DNA of 64,000 nucleotides from Phyllosticta citribraziliensis. Taxonomy: Eukaryota. The translations under genes and the position numbers were made by a program. Where the stretch lies: contig NW_027117350.1 of assembly GCF_038025025.1 (NCBI RefSeq), forward strand, positions 930,001-994,000, in the 5' to 3' direction. Shown piece after piece: positions 1-12,051 of this stretch. Positions within the stretch are counted from its first letter, which is position 1; each line of letters begins with the position of its first letter. Below the pieces are notes generated by a model. That model was given only the letters and a program-made list of their open reading frames with translations. It had not been told where the DNA came from and did no database searches.

Positions 1-457
1 TTTCCAGTCCGGCTGGCATACACGCCGCCAACGACAGAGACGGTCTTGCTGACGAGCTCGTTTTGCTGCGACAGACGGCCAATGGAGCCAAAGGAGAAAA
101 TGGATATCATGGGAGAAGGAGCCAGTCCGATGGCTTGGAAAAAGACTGTGTTGTAGCGCCACGATGCTTGCACAAGAGGCTTTTGAATGGCTTTCTTTTG
201 AACGGTTTGAATGGCGGTGCTGGTTGACCTCCTGGGCCCGCATTCAATGATTGTGATGGCATTCTGGGCCGAAGGACGGGATACGCATTCAACACCTCGC
301 GTCTTGCAAGATGCACAGGGCCGTTGCCCATCGCACTGGTCGAATTTTAGCAAACAAAAGACGGGCGGTGTGTCTAGATACTCACCTTGACGTGGTCTTT
401 GTGGCAGCGCAGGCAGCGGTGGCCACCGCGGCGACCATCACGAGATCCACAAGGCAT
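1..457 (-). CDS. Zn(II)2Cys6 fungal transcription factor, 5' part (runs off the window start)
   Basis: Hand-spliced. Exon 1 (457-386) is MPCGSRDGRRGGHRCLRCHKDHVK; the intron is GTGAGT..CTAAA..CAG (385-336); exon 2 (335-1) is open and reads CDGQRPCASCKTRGVEC. Together these give C-x2-C-x6-C-x5-C-x2-C-x6-C. Absent from the ORF track. Confidence 0.9.
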
Positions 458-1017
458 GGGATCAGATTTGGCCAAGTCAAATCATTCCTTGGACATTGCG
501 TAGATGTTCTGGTAGCGAAGACAGAAAGTCGGCGTCGTTGCCTGGCGGTCGACTTGGCCATACCAACGGCTCTCGAAACAGATCACGTGCGATTCGATCC
601 GATGAGTCCGTACATGGATCATCTTGGTCGGATCTCGAGCGGGGTGCAGGGTTGCATGAAGCTAAGCCATGCTAATAGTCTTAGCAAAGCTTCTCTTACG
701 GCGGAGAAGCTTTGACATCAACTCCAAAAAAGTTCCCGAAGAATCATGAGCTGGATTTCCTTTCTACGTTTGGTACAAGCCGCCGCCAATCAAACGCCTT
801 TGAATGCCATGTGTCCACTATCTTACGACGCCTTGCAAAGTACGGATAATATCCGATCAAAGAGGAAGAGGGGAGAGGAAACTTTCGATGGGTTGATATT
901 TGAACAGGCCGGACAGTGGAGCAGCGTGGCGAAGCCAATCGTTGGCGCAGCGCGGACCCCTTTCGTTAGTCATTGCGGCGGAGATTTTGGTATATGTATT
1001 ATCGATCCAACTCTCGC

Positions 1018-2533
1018 TTATTCAATGATGCGAGTAATGAGGCCGGTAGCGACAGTGCGGCCGCCCTCACGGACGTTGAAGCGCTGGCCAACTTCGACAC
1101 AGGAAGGGTGGTGGACCTCGCAAACCATCTCGACGTTGTCGCCAGGCATGATCATCTTGTCCTGCTCGGGGAATTCCTCAGGCCAGGTCAGGCATGCGGA
1201 TTCGTCTACAAACATTAGTGACGAGTAAGTTGCTTTGAGGGATCTTGTCTTACCAGCTGTGCGGATGAAAACCTGGGGACGGTAGTTGCTGTGGAAGCCA
1301 GTGTGACGGCCACCCTCCTCCTTGGTGAGGACGTAGAGAGAGGCGAGGAACTTGTTGTGGGCCTTGACAGTGCCGGGAGCAGCAACGACCATACCGCGCT
1401 TGACGTCATCACGCTTGATACCACGGAGGAGAAGACCAGAGTTGTCACCGGCTTGGGACTGCTCGCAGGACTTCCTGAAGGTCTCAATGTCGGTAACCTT
1501 GGTCTTGAGAGGGATCTTGTTCTTGCCGACAAGCTCGATCTCCTGGTCACGCTTCAAGACACCACGCGAGACACGGCCGGAGACGACGGTACCACGGCCG
1601 GCAATGGAGAAGACATCCTCAACGGCCATGAGGAAGGGCTTTTCGAGGGCGCGCTCGGGGGTGGGAATCCAAGTGTCGACGGACTCGAGCAGCTTGTCAA
1701 TCGACTCGACACCAATCTCGGGTTGCTTGCCCTCGAGAGCGCAAAGAGCCGAGCCCATGATGATGGGGGTCTCATCACCGTCGAAGCCATAGGTGCCAAG
1801 AAGCTCCCTCATTTCCATCTCGACGAGCTCCAACATCTCCTTGTCCTCGACGGCGTCGACCTTGTTCACGTAAACGACAATCTTCTGGACACCGACCTGG
1901 CGGGCAAGCAGCAAGTGCTCACGAGTCTGAGGCCTGCGTTTGTCAAAAAATGTCCACCCTGAGCTGTTTTGCCACCTACATTTGACCATCCGAAGCAGCG
2001 ACAACGATGATGGCACCATCCATGTTGGCAGCACCAGTAATCATGTTCTTGATGTAATCGGCGTGACCGGGACAGTCGACGTGTGCATAATGGCGGTTGT
2101 CGGTCTGGTACTCGATGTGGGCGGTTGCAATGGTGATACCACGCTTGCGCTCCTCGGGAGCCTTGTCAATGGCACCGTAATCGAGGAAGTTTGCGTAGCC
2201 CTTTTCGGCCTGACGCTTGGTGATGGCAGCGGTCAGGGTGGTCTGGTGTTGTTAGAGCAAGCTCATGGGTGGAATTGAAGGTCGAGTACCTTGCCGTGAT
2301 CGACGTGACCAATGGTACCTGAGATAAATCAGCATCTAGAATATTGACTAGAGTCTAGGAAACTACGCACCAATGTTAACGTGGGGCTTGTTACGCTCAA
2401 AGGCAGCGGCATAGTTCCTGACGAACTGCGACGATCCGTTCAGGCCCAGAGTCGACTGCAGCGGGTTGACGCCAGAGCGCACGCGCAGGGCGGCGCGGGA
2501 AGAGCGCATGAAAGTGCGTGCAAAGGCCGACAT
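1018..2533 (-). CDS. TUF1: Mitochondrial translation elongation factor Tu
   Basis: Five exons (2533-2371, 2318-2290, 2242-1980, 1933-1254, 1205-1018). Motifs: Arg/Ser-rich presequence [57 protein letters not shown]-terminal [10 protein letters not shown]. Confidence 0.98.
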
Positions 2534-2942
2534 GGTTGCAATGGCGATGGCCGCGATGCCTCGAGCTTGCCGGTGGAGGAGCGGAGAGAGGAATTGGGGG
2601 ACGGGGATGCAAGAAGCTGCTTGACGACGGACAGAGAGTCGTTGGGTGGCACTCGAACATGACAATTTCTTAGCGCGATGGCGACACGTGATCAGGTCTG
2701 CGGCGACGGAAGAGCCATGCGGAGAATAATCCACCGCCGGTGCCAACCCATCAACCTCAATTCCACCAGAAACCCGCCTCTGACGGAGCTCTTAGCTGAC
2801 GCTTCGCCTCCAATCGCTTCCATCTTTCCCTGTATCGGCACGCGCCCTGGTCTTCGTCATCACCACACGCCTACCGAATACCCGAGGTCCCGCTTCCCGC
2901 AGCCCGTCTGCCATATCTTGTCCTCCGTCAACACCAGCACCC

Positions 2943-4484
2943 ATGTTCCTCCGAGCTTGTTCAAGACGCGCCTTTTCTCCGACGAGCTGCAGCTTGCGGA
3001 CCTGGCCTTGTACCGCGATGCCGCTGAGGGCGAAAATTATGAGACCCGTATTACTGAAGCTCTCCGTCGCATCTTCGCAGAGCTAACTCGCCCTGCAGTT
3101 CTCCACCATGGAGCAGTCCGACGACCCTCTCCTGCAGCCGCAGCCCGAAGACGACCCCGACGATGTTCTGTTCGATAAAAACTACGGCGTGCGCACAATT
3201 GAGCTCAACCGACCAAAGAAACTCAACTCGTTGAACGGCTCCATGGCCCGCAAGATTATTCCCAGACTGCAAGAATGGAGCAAGTCCCAAATGACCAACG
3301 TCGTAATTGTAAAGGGAAAGGGGCGTGCTCTTTGCGCCGGAGGTGACGTTGCGGCATTGGCTCAGCAGAACAGCGAGGGTCCTGAGGGCCAGCAGAAATC
3401 AAAGGACTACTTTGCTCTCGAATACAAGCTCGACCATCTCATCGCCACGTACTCGAAACCTTACATGTCCTTCATGGACGGCATCACAATGGGAGGCGGA
3501 GTCGGCCTCAGTATCCACGCACCTTTCCGCATCGCAACCGAAAACACTGTCTTTGCTATGCCCGAAACGACCATTGGCTTCTTCCCCGACGTTGGCGCGA
3601 GCTTCTTTCTCCCCAAGATGGACGGAGGCATGGGCATGTACCTCGCCCTTACGAGCCAGACGCTGAACGGCTGGGATTGTTTATATCACGGCGTTGCGAC
3701 GCACTACATCAACTCGGCCCAACTTCCTGACCTCGAGAGCCGTCTTGGGGAGCTGATTTTCAAAGACTACGCCTCAAACGACGAGCGCTACCGCATCATC
3801 AACAACACCGTCGAGGAATACGTCACCGAATCCGAGCTTCCGAAACCGAATCAATCTGGTTACATCCGCTTTGCCATTGACACATATTTCGGCCCCAAGA
3901 TGGGCAGTGTCGCGGAGATCATGGACGCGCTGCGCCGGGTGGCGGACCCGTCGTCGAAATTCCATCCAGACATCGTCCAGTGGGCAAAGGGAACGCTGTT
4001 TACGATGGAAGAGCGCTCGCCGACTTCGTTGGCCGTGACGTTTGCCCAGCTCCGGTTTAGCCAGCGCTGGAGCATCGCGGAGACGTTTGAGCGCGAACAT
4101 TCCATCGCCTCCAGATTCATGGAGCACCCCGACTTCGTCGAGGGCGTCAATGCGCGGCTGGTGCGCAAGACCAAGGAGCGCCCGTCGTGGCAGCCCTCGC
4201 AAATCGCCGACCTCGCCGAGCAAGACATTGCCGCGTTCTTCAAATTCCCCCAACAGCCCGAGCTGACGCTGCTCAACACTGCGGGTCAGGACTACTCCGA
4301 GTATCCCCACGCGTGGCTCGGTCTGCCGAGCGAAAAGACAATCATGGAGGAGAGGAAGAAGCACGACTCCGACAAGCAGTGCCTCAGGGCCGTGCTGGCG
4401 AGCACCAACTACAAGTTTGGAGTCAAGGAGAAGGTGCTGGAGGTGCTGGAGAGGAGGAACTTGTTGCCCGAGGAAGAAAGATGA
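2943..4484 (+). CDS. EHD3: 3-hydroxyisobutyryl-CoA hydrolase-like protein (crotonase fold; yeast Ehd3/mS47 family)
   Basis: Motifs: LNRPKKLNSL, LCAGGDV, GITMGGGVGLS, FAMPETTIGFFPDVG, DFVEGV. The first exon runs from ATG 2943 (or 3018) to 3047. An intron at 3048-3098 (GTATTA..GCTAAC..CAG) joins it in frame to the 3108 ORF. Confidence 0.93.
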
Positions 4485-4947
4485 AAGATGAAATATGCTT
4501 GTAGTGTATAGAGCCGATTAAGAGCGCGGTGCATCAAGAAATGGAATAACCAACACAATGACTGCCTATCCATGTATTCCACATGACAAGGACGTCTTTT
4601 CAATTGGCTCAAGCGTGTATATATCACAGGCAACCGCCAACGCCTCCCAACCTCCCACCTGTTACTCGATCGGCGGGAAACAGGCCAATCCAAACCATCC
4701 CCTTTTGCTCCCTTGATCCTCATTTACTGTTCACGTATGGTCCAGCCCTCATTCCCAAGACGAAAGCAAGACGAACAAGTGCAATGGCAAAGCGGAAGCA
4801 GAAGCAGAAGCAGAAGAGTTTACGTTGGACGCAGTTGCTCGTAGCCGCCAAACCCGCAAATAAAACAGCACTACACGTACACATACAAAACATACACGCA
4901 CACATATCCAACACGCTGTCCCATCAACACACCTACCCATCGCCCGC

Positions 4948-6309
4948 TTAATCTCTTCCTTTCCTCTTCCCCTGGTAAGCACGCGGCACCGCAACAAAAG
5001 CCGCCGCCGACGCCGCCATCGCGCAGTGGTGCTGGCGATCGTGACGGCGATGGTGATGATGGTGATGATGATAATGCGGCATGTGGTGTTGGAGGTGGCG
5101 AGACACCAGCGGCGCAGATTGGCAGCGCTGGAAAGTGCAGTGTGGTCCGGCTTTGAGCGGGACGGCGCGCGCGTGGTGTTGGTCCAGGCGGCCCTGCGCA
5201 TCCACATGCACAAGTTCATCTCTGTCCGCGTTGCCAGCAGACTCATCGACGGCACTGGTGTCGTTGTCGGTGTCGTTTGCATCATCGTCGGGGTGGACGG
5301 ACCTGGAAACGGAAGCAGGGCCAGGGACAGCAGCAGCATCATCCTCACTCTGGCCGTCATCAAAATCCGAGAGAAACGACCGGTGCATCGCCGGCGGCGT
5401 AAGAAAGTCGAAAATATCGCGCATGCCCTCGTCAACCACGCCGGCAGATTCGGGTATGGATGTAGCAGCGTCGCCATGTTGCTGCGGCATCGATGGCAGC
5501 GGTGCCGCCACGTCGTCCTTCTCTTCTTCCTCCGAGTCCAGCGCGTCGTAGTTACTCAGCCCGACGGCACTGGGCGGCGGCGATGGATAGCTGGTGTTGC
5601 TACAGAACCACACTGGCGCGGCGGCGGCGGCGGCCTGTGGTCCACCTGTACACTCCTTTTCCTCGGCGCAGCGGCGCTCGCAGTCTTCGACGTCGTGGCT
5701 CGTGGCAGCTAGGCGCCGGCGCGGGTCTGAGTAATGTCCGGGCACGACGTCGTTGACAGGACTTGCCACCGGCCGGGTCGACGTGACGGGGCTCAGAAGC
5801 CCGTCTTTGAGCGCAGCCATGCGGCGCATCTGGACGCCCTCTTTCAGCAGCAGCTCGCGCTCCTGGCGTTGCTCCTTTTCCCAGCGGAGGTTGGGGTTGC
5901 GCTGGCACGCGGCGTCCATGCGCTGCTGGACGCGGTTGAGGACGGCGGCTTTGCGCAGGAGCAAGCAGGAGGACGACGGCGATGGAGAAGATGCGGAGAT
6001 AGGTGGCTGTGGCAGACGCTGCGAGGGACGGAAGATTAAGATGGCGGTTCTGCGGTGGTGGTTGCTGGTGCGGTCCGGCTGGGACGAGGCGCGTGGTGTT
6101 GAGAAAGGGAGGGATAGGGGCGATGTCGTTAGGGACAGACGAAGGCGCCGTTTCTTGCGGCTGGGACCGCTGGGTGACGGGTCTGCGAGAGCGCGCTTTC
6201 GGGAGAGCGTGGATGAGCCGTTGATCTCGCGGCAGAAGACAAATGGCGGAGTTGATTGATGTGTTCCGAATGTAAACGCCATGGGCGACGACGACGTTGA
6301 GAAAGACAT
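4948..6309 (-). CDS. Uncharacterised, mostly disordered fungal protein with basic NLS-like motifs
   Basis: Single long ORF with first ATG at 6309. It has motif-like islands SRKRALAD, RKKRRLRLSLTTSPLSLPFS and PPSAVGLSNYDALD, and a His-rich C-terminus. Confidence 0.7.
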   Translation of the reverse strand: MSFSTSSSPMAFTFGTHQSTPPFVFCREINGSSTLSRKRALADPSPSGPSRKKRRLRLSLTTSPLSLPFSTPRASSQPDRTSNHHRRTAILIFRPSQRLPQPPISASSPSPSSSCLLLRKAAVLNRVQQRMDAACQRNPNLRWEKEQRQERELLLKEGVQMRRMAALKDGLLSPVTSTRPVASPVNDVVPGHYSDPRRRLAATSHDVEDCERRCAEEKECTGGPQAAAAAAPVWFCSNTSYPSPPPSAVGLSNYDALDSEEEEKDDVAAPLPSMPQQHGDAATSIPESAGVVDEGMRDIFDFLTPPAMHRSFLSDFDDGQSEDDAAAVPGPASVSRSVHPDDDANDTDNDTSAVDESAGNADRDELVHVDAQGRLDQHHARAVPLKAGPHCTFQRCQSAPLVSRHLQHHMPHYHHHHHHHRRHDRQHHCAMAASAAAFVAVPRAYQGKRKGRD

Positions 6310-7056
6310 GATTGTTCTCCGGTGGGGCTTCGCTACATCAACGTCGAGCTTTGTCACGAGAGCTCTTGCATTTGATGGTGGCGAGATGTAAAGTCATTCC
6401 TGCAGCAAACGAAGCCGCAATTCAGTAGGAAAGAGGCAGGTTGGAAGAAGACGTGTGAGAGATATAGAGATATTGAGATATTGAGACACAGTAGGAGAAG
6501 AAGGAACAACGGGACGATGAGGAAGTCAAGGAAACAGGATGCACGTCTCAACACGGCAGCAGTGTGGCGAGGCTCTATACTCACGGCTGTCAGGTGGCAC
6601 ATACCCGGACTAAGCTGGTCGCGGAGAAGCTTGATGCTGAAGATGCGGGGAACACACCAGCTGGACCGGCGCGCAACCGCTGCTGGCGCAACCTTTTCGA
6701 CCACTCAAAGGAGTTTCTGGGCATGGACGATCCCGGCTCGAAAAAGCTGACGTTGGACGGAACAGTTCGCGCTTGATGCTCGTTGGACGTGCTCTGTGGT
6801 CAAACGCGAGCTGGCGCAAGGAAAAGTAAGTGTCAAAAAAGAAAGCAATGCAGAGAATTTTTTTCCATGCCATTTCTAGCATCTGGGCGACATTGCTCTT
6901 CAGCTCAGGGGAAACAAGCATTTGCAGCCACCGTAAATAGCAAAGAAAGATGGTCTGGGGTATCGATACCAACCCACCTCATCCAGTCATGGGGAGCGTA
7001 ATGTAAACACCAATTGCTCTATTGGCCGCCCGGCAATGCGGCTTTCAAGTATGATT

Positions 7057-8200
7057 CTATGCTCCGTCGTCCTTTAAGAAATAACGAGCCTCGATCTTCC
7101 GCATGACCTTGTTGGTTTGTTCAGCCAAACTCAAAGTCAGAATCTGTAACAAACGTCAGTCAAAGGGTCCGGTCCGCCCGGAAAAGAGCAGACTGACCGT
7201 GTGAGGAAGGATCCTGGCCAAGTGCGCAAAGAAGCCCTTGTACACTGCCAAAAGACCTTCAGTCTTGACAGTCCTGAACAGGCAGTCAAACGCGCCACTG
7301 TACAGGTTGCCCGTCTGGTTGTACATGCGGCTCATGACGGTGTCTGGGGGATGCATGACACAACACACGACGAAGCCGGATGCAGTGCTACTGGCGAGGT
7401 GGAGGGCCGGGCCTTCTTCCATGCCCAAATGCCTCACGAGACGGCGCTTGGCGAAAAAGTAGGTTGGGAGTTGGACAGAGCTACCAAAGCCTGTCCGAAC
7501 CATGGCGGGCCCAACTCCGCGATACAGACCCTTAACTCCCTCGTGTCCATAAATCTGCTTCATGCCATCCCAACCATTTTTATACTTGTGCTGCGTTCCC
7601 ACAGGCAGGAAGGGGGAATAGGACTGCAGGCGGGTCTTGATGAGGAAGAAGGGCGAGCCAGCCATTGCGCCTAGGATACCGGAAGACGCGCCAGAAAAGA
7701 TGTTAATGCCAAAAGACTGAAATTTTGGGTCCTGGTAGAGAAGATGCGTAAGGGTCCCACGAATAGGCTCGTAGAAGCCTAACCGACATCCGTTGAGCAG
7801 AATTTGGTATATGTACTGGGTGGTTTCCGTCAGCTGCCGGAGGATCGAGTGCGACGGTCAACTCACGGCGCAATTGATTCCGCGAAAGAGTCCCTTGGGT
7901 CCTTCATTCTTGAGGATTACGGAGATTCCGTGCAAGACGCCGCGGTACATTTTGGGGGCATCCTTCTTGGCTTGGAGCTCTCCCTGCAATTGTAGGCTGT
8001 TGGAGCTCGTCAGCTCCTCTGTCGTCGTCGGCGGGCAAAGGACACGGCGCACCGGATTTTGACCGTCTCGAAGCTGTGGGTGACGGTGACGGCACCGCAA
8101 GCGGCGATACCGCCAGCAATGAAGGATCTAGAGACATCAGCTGGGTGTCGAATGATGTCGCAGTTGGGCGCGCAGGCGCTTACCCAGCAGTTGTCGACAT
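7057..8200 (-). CDS. OAC1: Mitochondrial oxaloacetate/sulfate carrier (SLC25 family)
   Basis: Multi-exon, starting MSTTAG|SFIAGGIAACGAVTVTHSFETVKIR. Further motifs: LQLQGEL, GSPFFLIKTRLQSYS, RTGFGSSVQLPTY, HPPDTVMSRMYNQ, RILPHT|ILTLSLAEQ. Stop TAG at 7057-7059. Confidence 0.95.
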
Positions 8201-8603
8201 GGCTCAGAACAGTTGAATGCTCTACGCCGGAGAACTGGATGAACTTGACACGTCAGGCTGTCCTCCGGCGAGAGAGCGGAAATATGTAGGGGGAGAGATG
8301 ACGGCGACAAGGCGGCGGATAATATTCAATTGACTGATTACCAAATAGGTGCTGGAGAGAGGATCTATGACAGCGGAGCGGGCCTGGTAGCTGGACGGCC
8401 GATGTCGGAGCTGGGTGCTCGGCAAGCGGCGGGCCGGGCGGTGAGGTTGTGCAGAATCGATGCGCAGATCAACCGCAGCCGTGAGGTCATTCCCGTCGCA
8501 ACTCTCAACTTTCCGCCCTCAGGCCGAGGAACGCGTCCCCCTGCTCCACCACGCGCTCGCCCAGTCTCCGCCATGATCTGAATTCTTTGACGCCAATCCT
8601 ATC

Positions 8604-9729
8604 ATGGCCGCTGGCGCTTCCTCCACTCCCGGCGGAGCTCCGCAGACGCAAAAGGTCAGCGAAGTCGTCGCCTCTTTTCGTCCCACCAAAGTATGCCCGC
8701 CAGCCCGTCTCCATCTGCGACCTCGCGCTAACCTGTCAGCTCTTCCGCGCCGAAAGCCCCAAGACCTCGGTGACATCGCTCGACTTTGACGACTCGGGCG
8801 AGCTCGCCGTCGTCGCCCGCGACGACGACACGCTGCAAATCTACAACTGCAAGGAAGGCAAGCACGCCAAGGAGCTGAGGAGTCAAAAGTACGGCGTGCA
8901 CCTGGCGCGCTTCACCCATCATGCCCAGAGCATCATCTACGCCAGCACAAAGGTCGACGACGGCATCCGCTACCTCTCCTCCCACGACAACTCCTTCATC
9001 CGCTACTTCAAGGGCCACACCGACACCGTCACCTGCCTCTCCTTGAACCCGTCCAACGACACCTTTGTCTCGTGCTCCACTGACAACACCGTTCGCTTAT
9101 GGGCGCTCAATTCCCCCCATGCTCAGGGTCTGTTGAAACTGCACGCGCCGCATTTGGCAGCTTACGATCCCTCGGCCAGCGTCCTTGCCATTGCTTCTCC
9201 CCCGACACAGAGCATTCTCCTCTACGACCTCCGCAACTTTGACAAGGCGCCCTTTGCCACGTTTGATCTCCACGACATTGAACAGCAGTACACCCCTGGC
9301 GCAGGGGGCCACAATTGGTCCAAGTTGGAATTTACCAATGACGGCAAACACTTGGTATTGGGTACCACTGGTGTCGGTCATTTTGTGCTAGATGCGTTTG
9401 AAGGCACCCTCTCATACTTTTTGGCGCGGGACTCGGGTCCCTCTGGACGCCGTGCTGCTGGCGAGTATTCGTCCGCAGAGACAGTTGCTGGGCAAGGCGA
9501 TCTCTGCGTCTCCCCCGACGGTCAGTACGTGATTGGTGGCTGCGGCAGCGACGAATTGCTCGTCTGGGATATTCACTCCAGACAGCCGGACAATCGAATC
9601 TTGAGGCCTTTTACAGATCTCCCGGGCCGCGGAAGGGCCGCCATTGTGGGCTACAACCAGCGAATGAATTTGCTGTGCTCGGCGGACAAGGACTTTATGA
9701 TGTGGCTGCCAGATCCTGATGCTGCATGA
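8604..9729 (+). CDS. SWD2: WD40 protein Swd2/WDR82 (COMPASS and CPF subunit)
   Basis: Exon 1 is MAAG...VVASFRPTK, followed by an intron at 8691-8739. Motifs: SQKYGVHLARFTHH, IRYLSSHDNSFIRYFKGH, LEFTNDGK. Confidence 0.95.
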
Positions 9730-9992
9730 TTTGAGGGATGGCCGTCCAGAGCCACGGTGCATTGTTTGGAGACTTGGAAATGGGGCGCAAAGGCTTAAAA
9801 GGAGTGATCCATAGCAAATATGAGAATAATATATACCCTAGAAGGGCCAGACGCAAATTCACGAAGAAAGTTGAGGTGTGGAGCTGGATTGCGGGGTGGA
9901 AAGTTGTTGCCGGTACCCATGGTGGGAACCAACACCGTGCTAGACGACGATTCCTGGCTCGGAGCTTCCCACCACATGTCCACTCCACAACC

Positions 9993-10776
9993 ATGAGCTC
10001 CTCACAATCCTACAAAGGTGCTCCAAATGCCGGGCTCCAACAGCAGCAGCGGTCCATGACGACGGGCTTCCGCTATCCATCCAATCGCAAAACCATCTAC
10101 GACCGGAACCTGGGCAGGAGCAAGAATGCGGAGCTCAGTCGCGCCGCCTTTGCGTACCTCTTCGTGGAGATGATATCGTACGCCCAGAGAAAGGTGACGG
10201 GCATTGCGGACCTCGAAAAGAAGTACTTGCCACTCACCAGCCTCATGGAGCACCTCTGACGCCCGCAGACTCAACTCGCAGGGCTACAACCTGGGCCTCA
10301 AGCTGCTCGACCTCCTCTCAGCGCGCTCGCCGTCGTCGCTCACCGCAAACCCCAACCCGACCCGCCCGACGCGCATCCTGCCGCTGCTGCAGTTCATCAC
10401 GACGACGCTGTGGAAGCACCTGTTCAACCGGCCGGCCGACGCGCTGGAGCGCTCCACGTCGGCCGTCACCGACTACATGATCACGGACAACGCGCCGCTG
10501 GTCGTCGAGTACGTCAGCACGCCGCGCGAGATGAGCAGCCTCAATGTCGCCGCGTTCGTCGCCGGCATCGTCGAGGGCGTCTGCGACGGCGCGGGCTTCC
10601 CGACCAAGGGGGTCACGGCGCACTGGGCAGAAGACGGAGCGGCGGCGGCGGCGGCAGCCGCACCCGGTGAGGCTGCTGCCCCGGTTAAGGACATGTGGCC
10701 CAGCAAGACTATCTTCTTGATCAAGTTTGACGAGCGGGTCATTGAGAGGGAGGAGCTCTTGGAGCGGGGGAGGTGA
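9993..10776 (+). CDS. TRS31: TRAPP complex subunit Trs31/TRAPPC5
   Basis: Motifs: KTIYDRNL..SKNAELSRAAFAYLFVEMISYAQ, then after an intron at 10223-10268, LNSQGYNLGLKLLDL, LNVAAFVAGIVEGVCDGAGF, KTIFLIKF. Confidence 0.95.
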
Positions 10777-11894
10777 GACACAAGGTCAAGATAGACGGAC
10801 AGATGATAGGGCGAGGCGAGGGCGGCTGAGGGCATGGGCTGGCGTTATCACGATTCTCGGCGTTTATGGTCATACATACCTACGCCTGTGCGGGCGGCTA
10901 CGGTTGGTTTCTGGTTCGAAGCAGCCTCTGGGCGTGCCATCTGATACTCTTTTTTCACCTTACCTTGCCGGACGCTCTGCGGAGCGCGCGGGCTGCCATG
11001 GGCTTGGGCATTTTGAATCATTGAATTCAGCACGTACATACGAATTGAACGACTCAAAACACGTGGTCTCTGGCTGGTCTTCGATTTCCGGGAAGCCAGA
11101 ATGGGATGGCATGAGCTCAACGGGTTGCAAGAATCAGGAAATTGTCACTATGACGGAACAAACCTCAGGACAAGGTGTCGGCAGGTCTGAAAGGACGAGG
11201 ACCCTACGGAGTGTGAGAGTATGAAGCCTCCTCCGACAAAGACTTGAATTGACATCTACGCGCATAGATTTGGCCCTCTCGAGCCCTCCCTAGGATCGCC
11301 CAGACCAAAGGAACCGCTTGCTGGCGAGCATGTGCTATCCCTCATCCAGCTCCACTACCATCCAACGGCCAGCCAGTCTTCGCTCCCAAAGCACCTGTCA
11401 AGCCGAGCCCCTTGGACCTAGCTCTTTCCAATCTGATACGCGTCTCTTCAACAGTCGTTTGTCACCCTAGGTGCTTTAAAACATCGCTCGATGCTTTCCA
11501 AAAAGACACGAGTTTCTTAAGTTCCTGATCTTTCCCCCATCCCGTCCCGGCACGTTGTCGCGTCTGTCTGTCGTCAAAGCTGCATCTCTCGCCCAATCCA
11601 CCCTCGTCCGTCCCGTCTCTCCCTCTCGTCCGAGTGATTCCCCGGTGTCGAGAAAGGAATACCGCTGAAGAGCAAGCGTAAGAGCAGAACAAGCGCCCGC
11701 CGTCGTTCTAGCGACGAGACGTCTTGTGGTAAGCGGCGAGACGCGCAAGTGTGAAGAAAGAGCTCGGAAGCCGGATCGATTGCGCCATCCATCTTTCGTT
11801 CTTCCATCGCGTCGTCTCTCTGTTTCTGCGGTTGTCACAGTCAGTCAATCGTCAAATTGTTGAATGACCGGGCGAAACGTGCCTGACAAGCCGC

Positions 11895-12008
11895 TCACAC
11901 CACACTCCTCCTCCTCCCGCTCCTCTCCTTCCTTGACGAGCCGTCGCGTCCCCACGCGAAAAGCCTCGATATACGGCGATGGTGCTTGCGCGGCGACGGC
12001 GGGCTGTC

Positions 12009-12051
<43 letters not shown>

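Noticed and set aside
1291..2278. Long plus-strand ORFs opposite TUF1, and similar antisense ORFs over SAF1 (31239-32660), FEX, the DUF4449 gene and NHA1
   Set aside because: These are shadow ORFs produced by strong GC3 codon bias of the real genes on the other strand. They have no motifs of their own.
4616..4623. TGTATATA Puf3-like element downstream of EHD3
   Set aside because: A single 8-mer that also fits a generic polyadenylation efficiency element. The 3' UTR extent is unknown.
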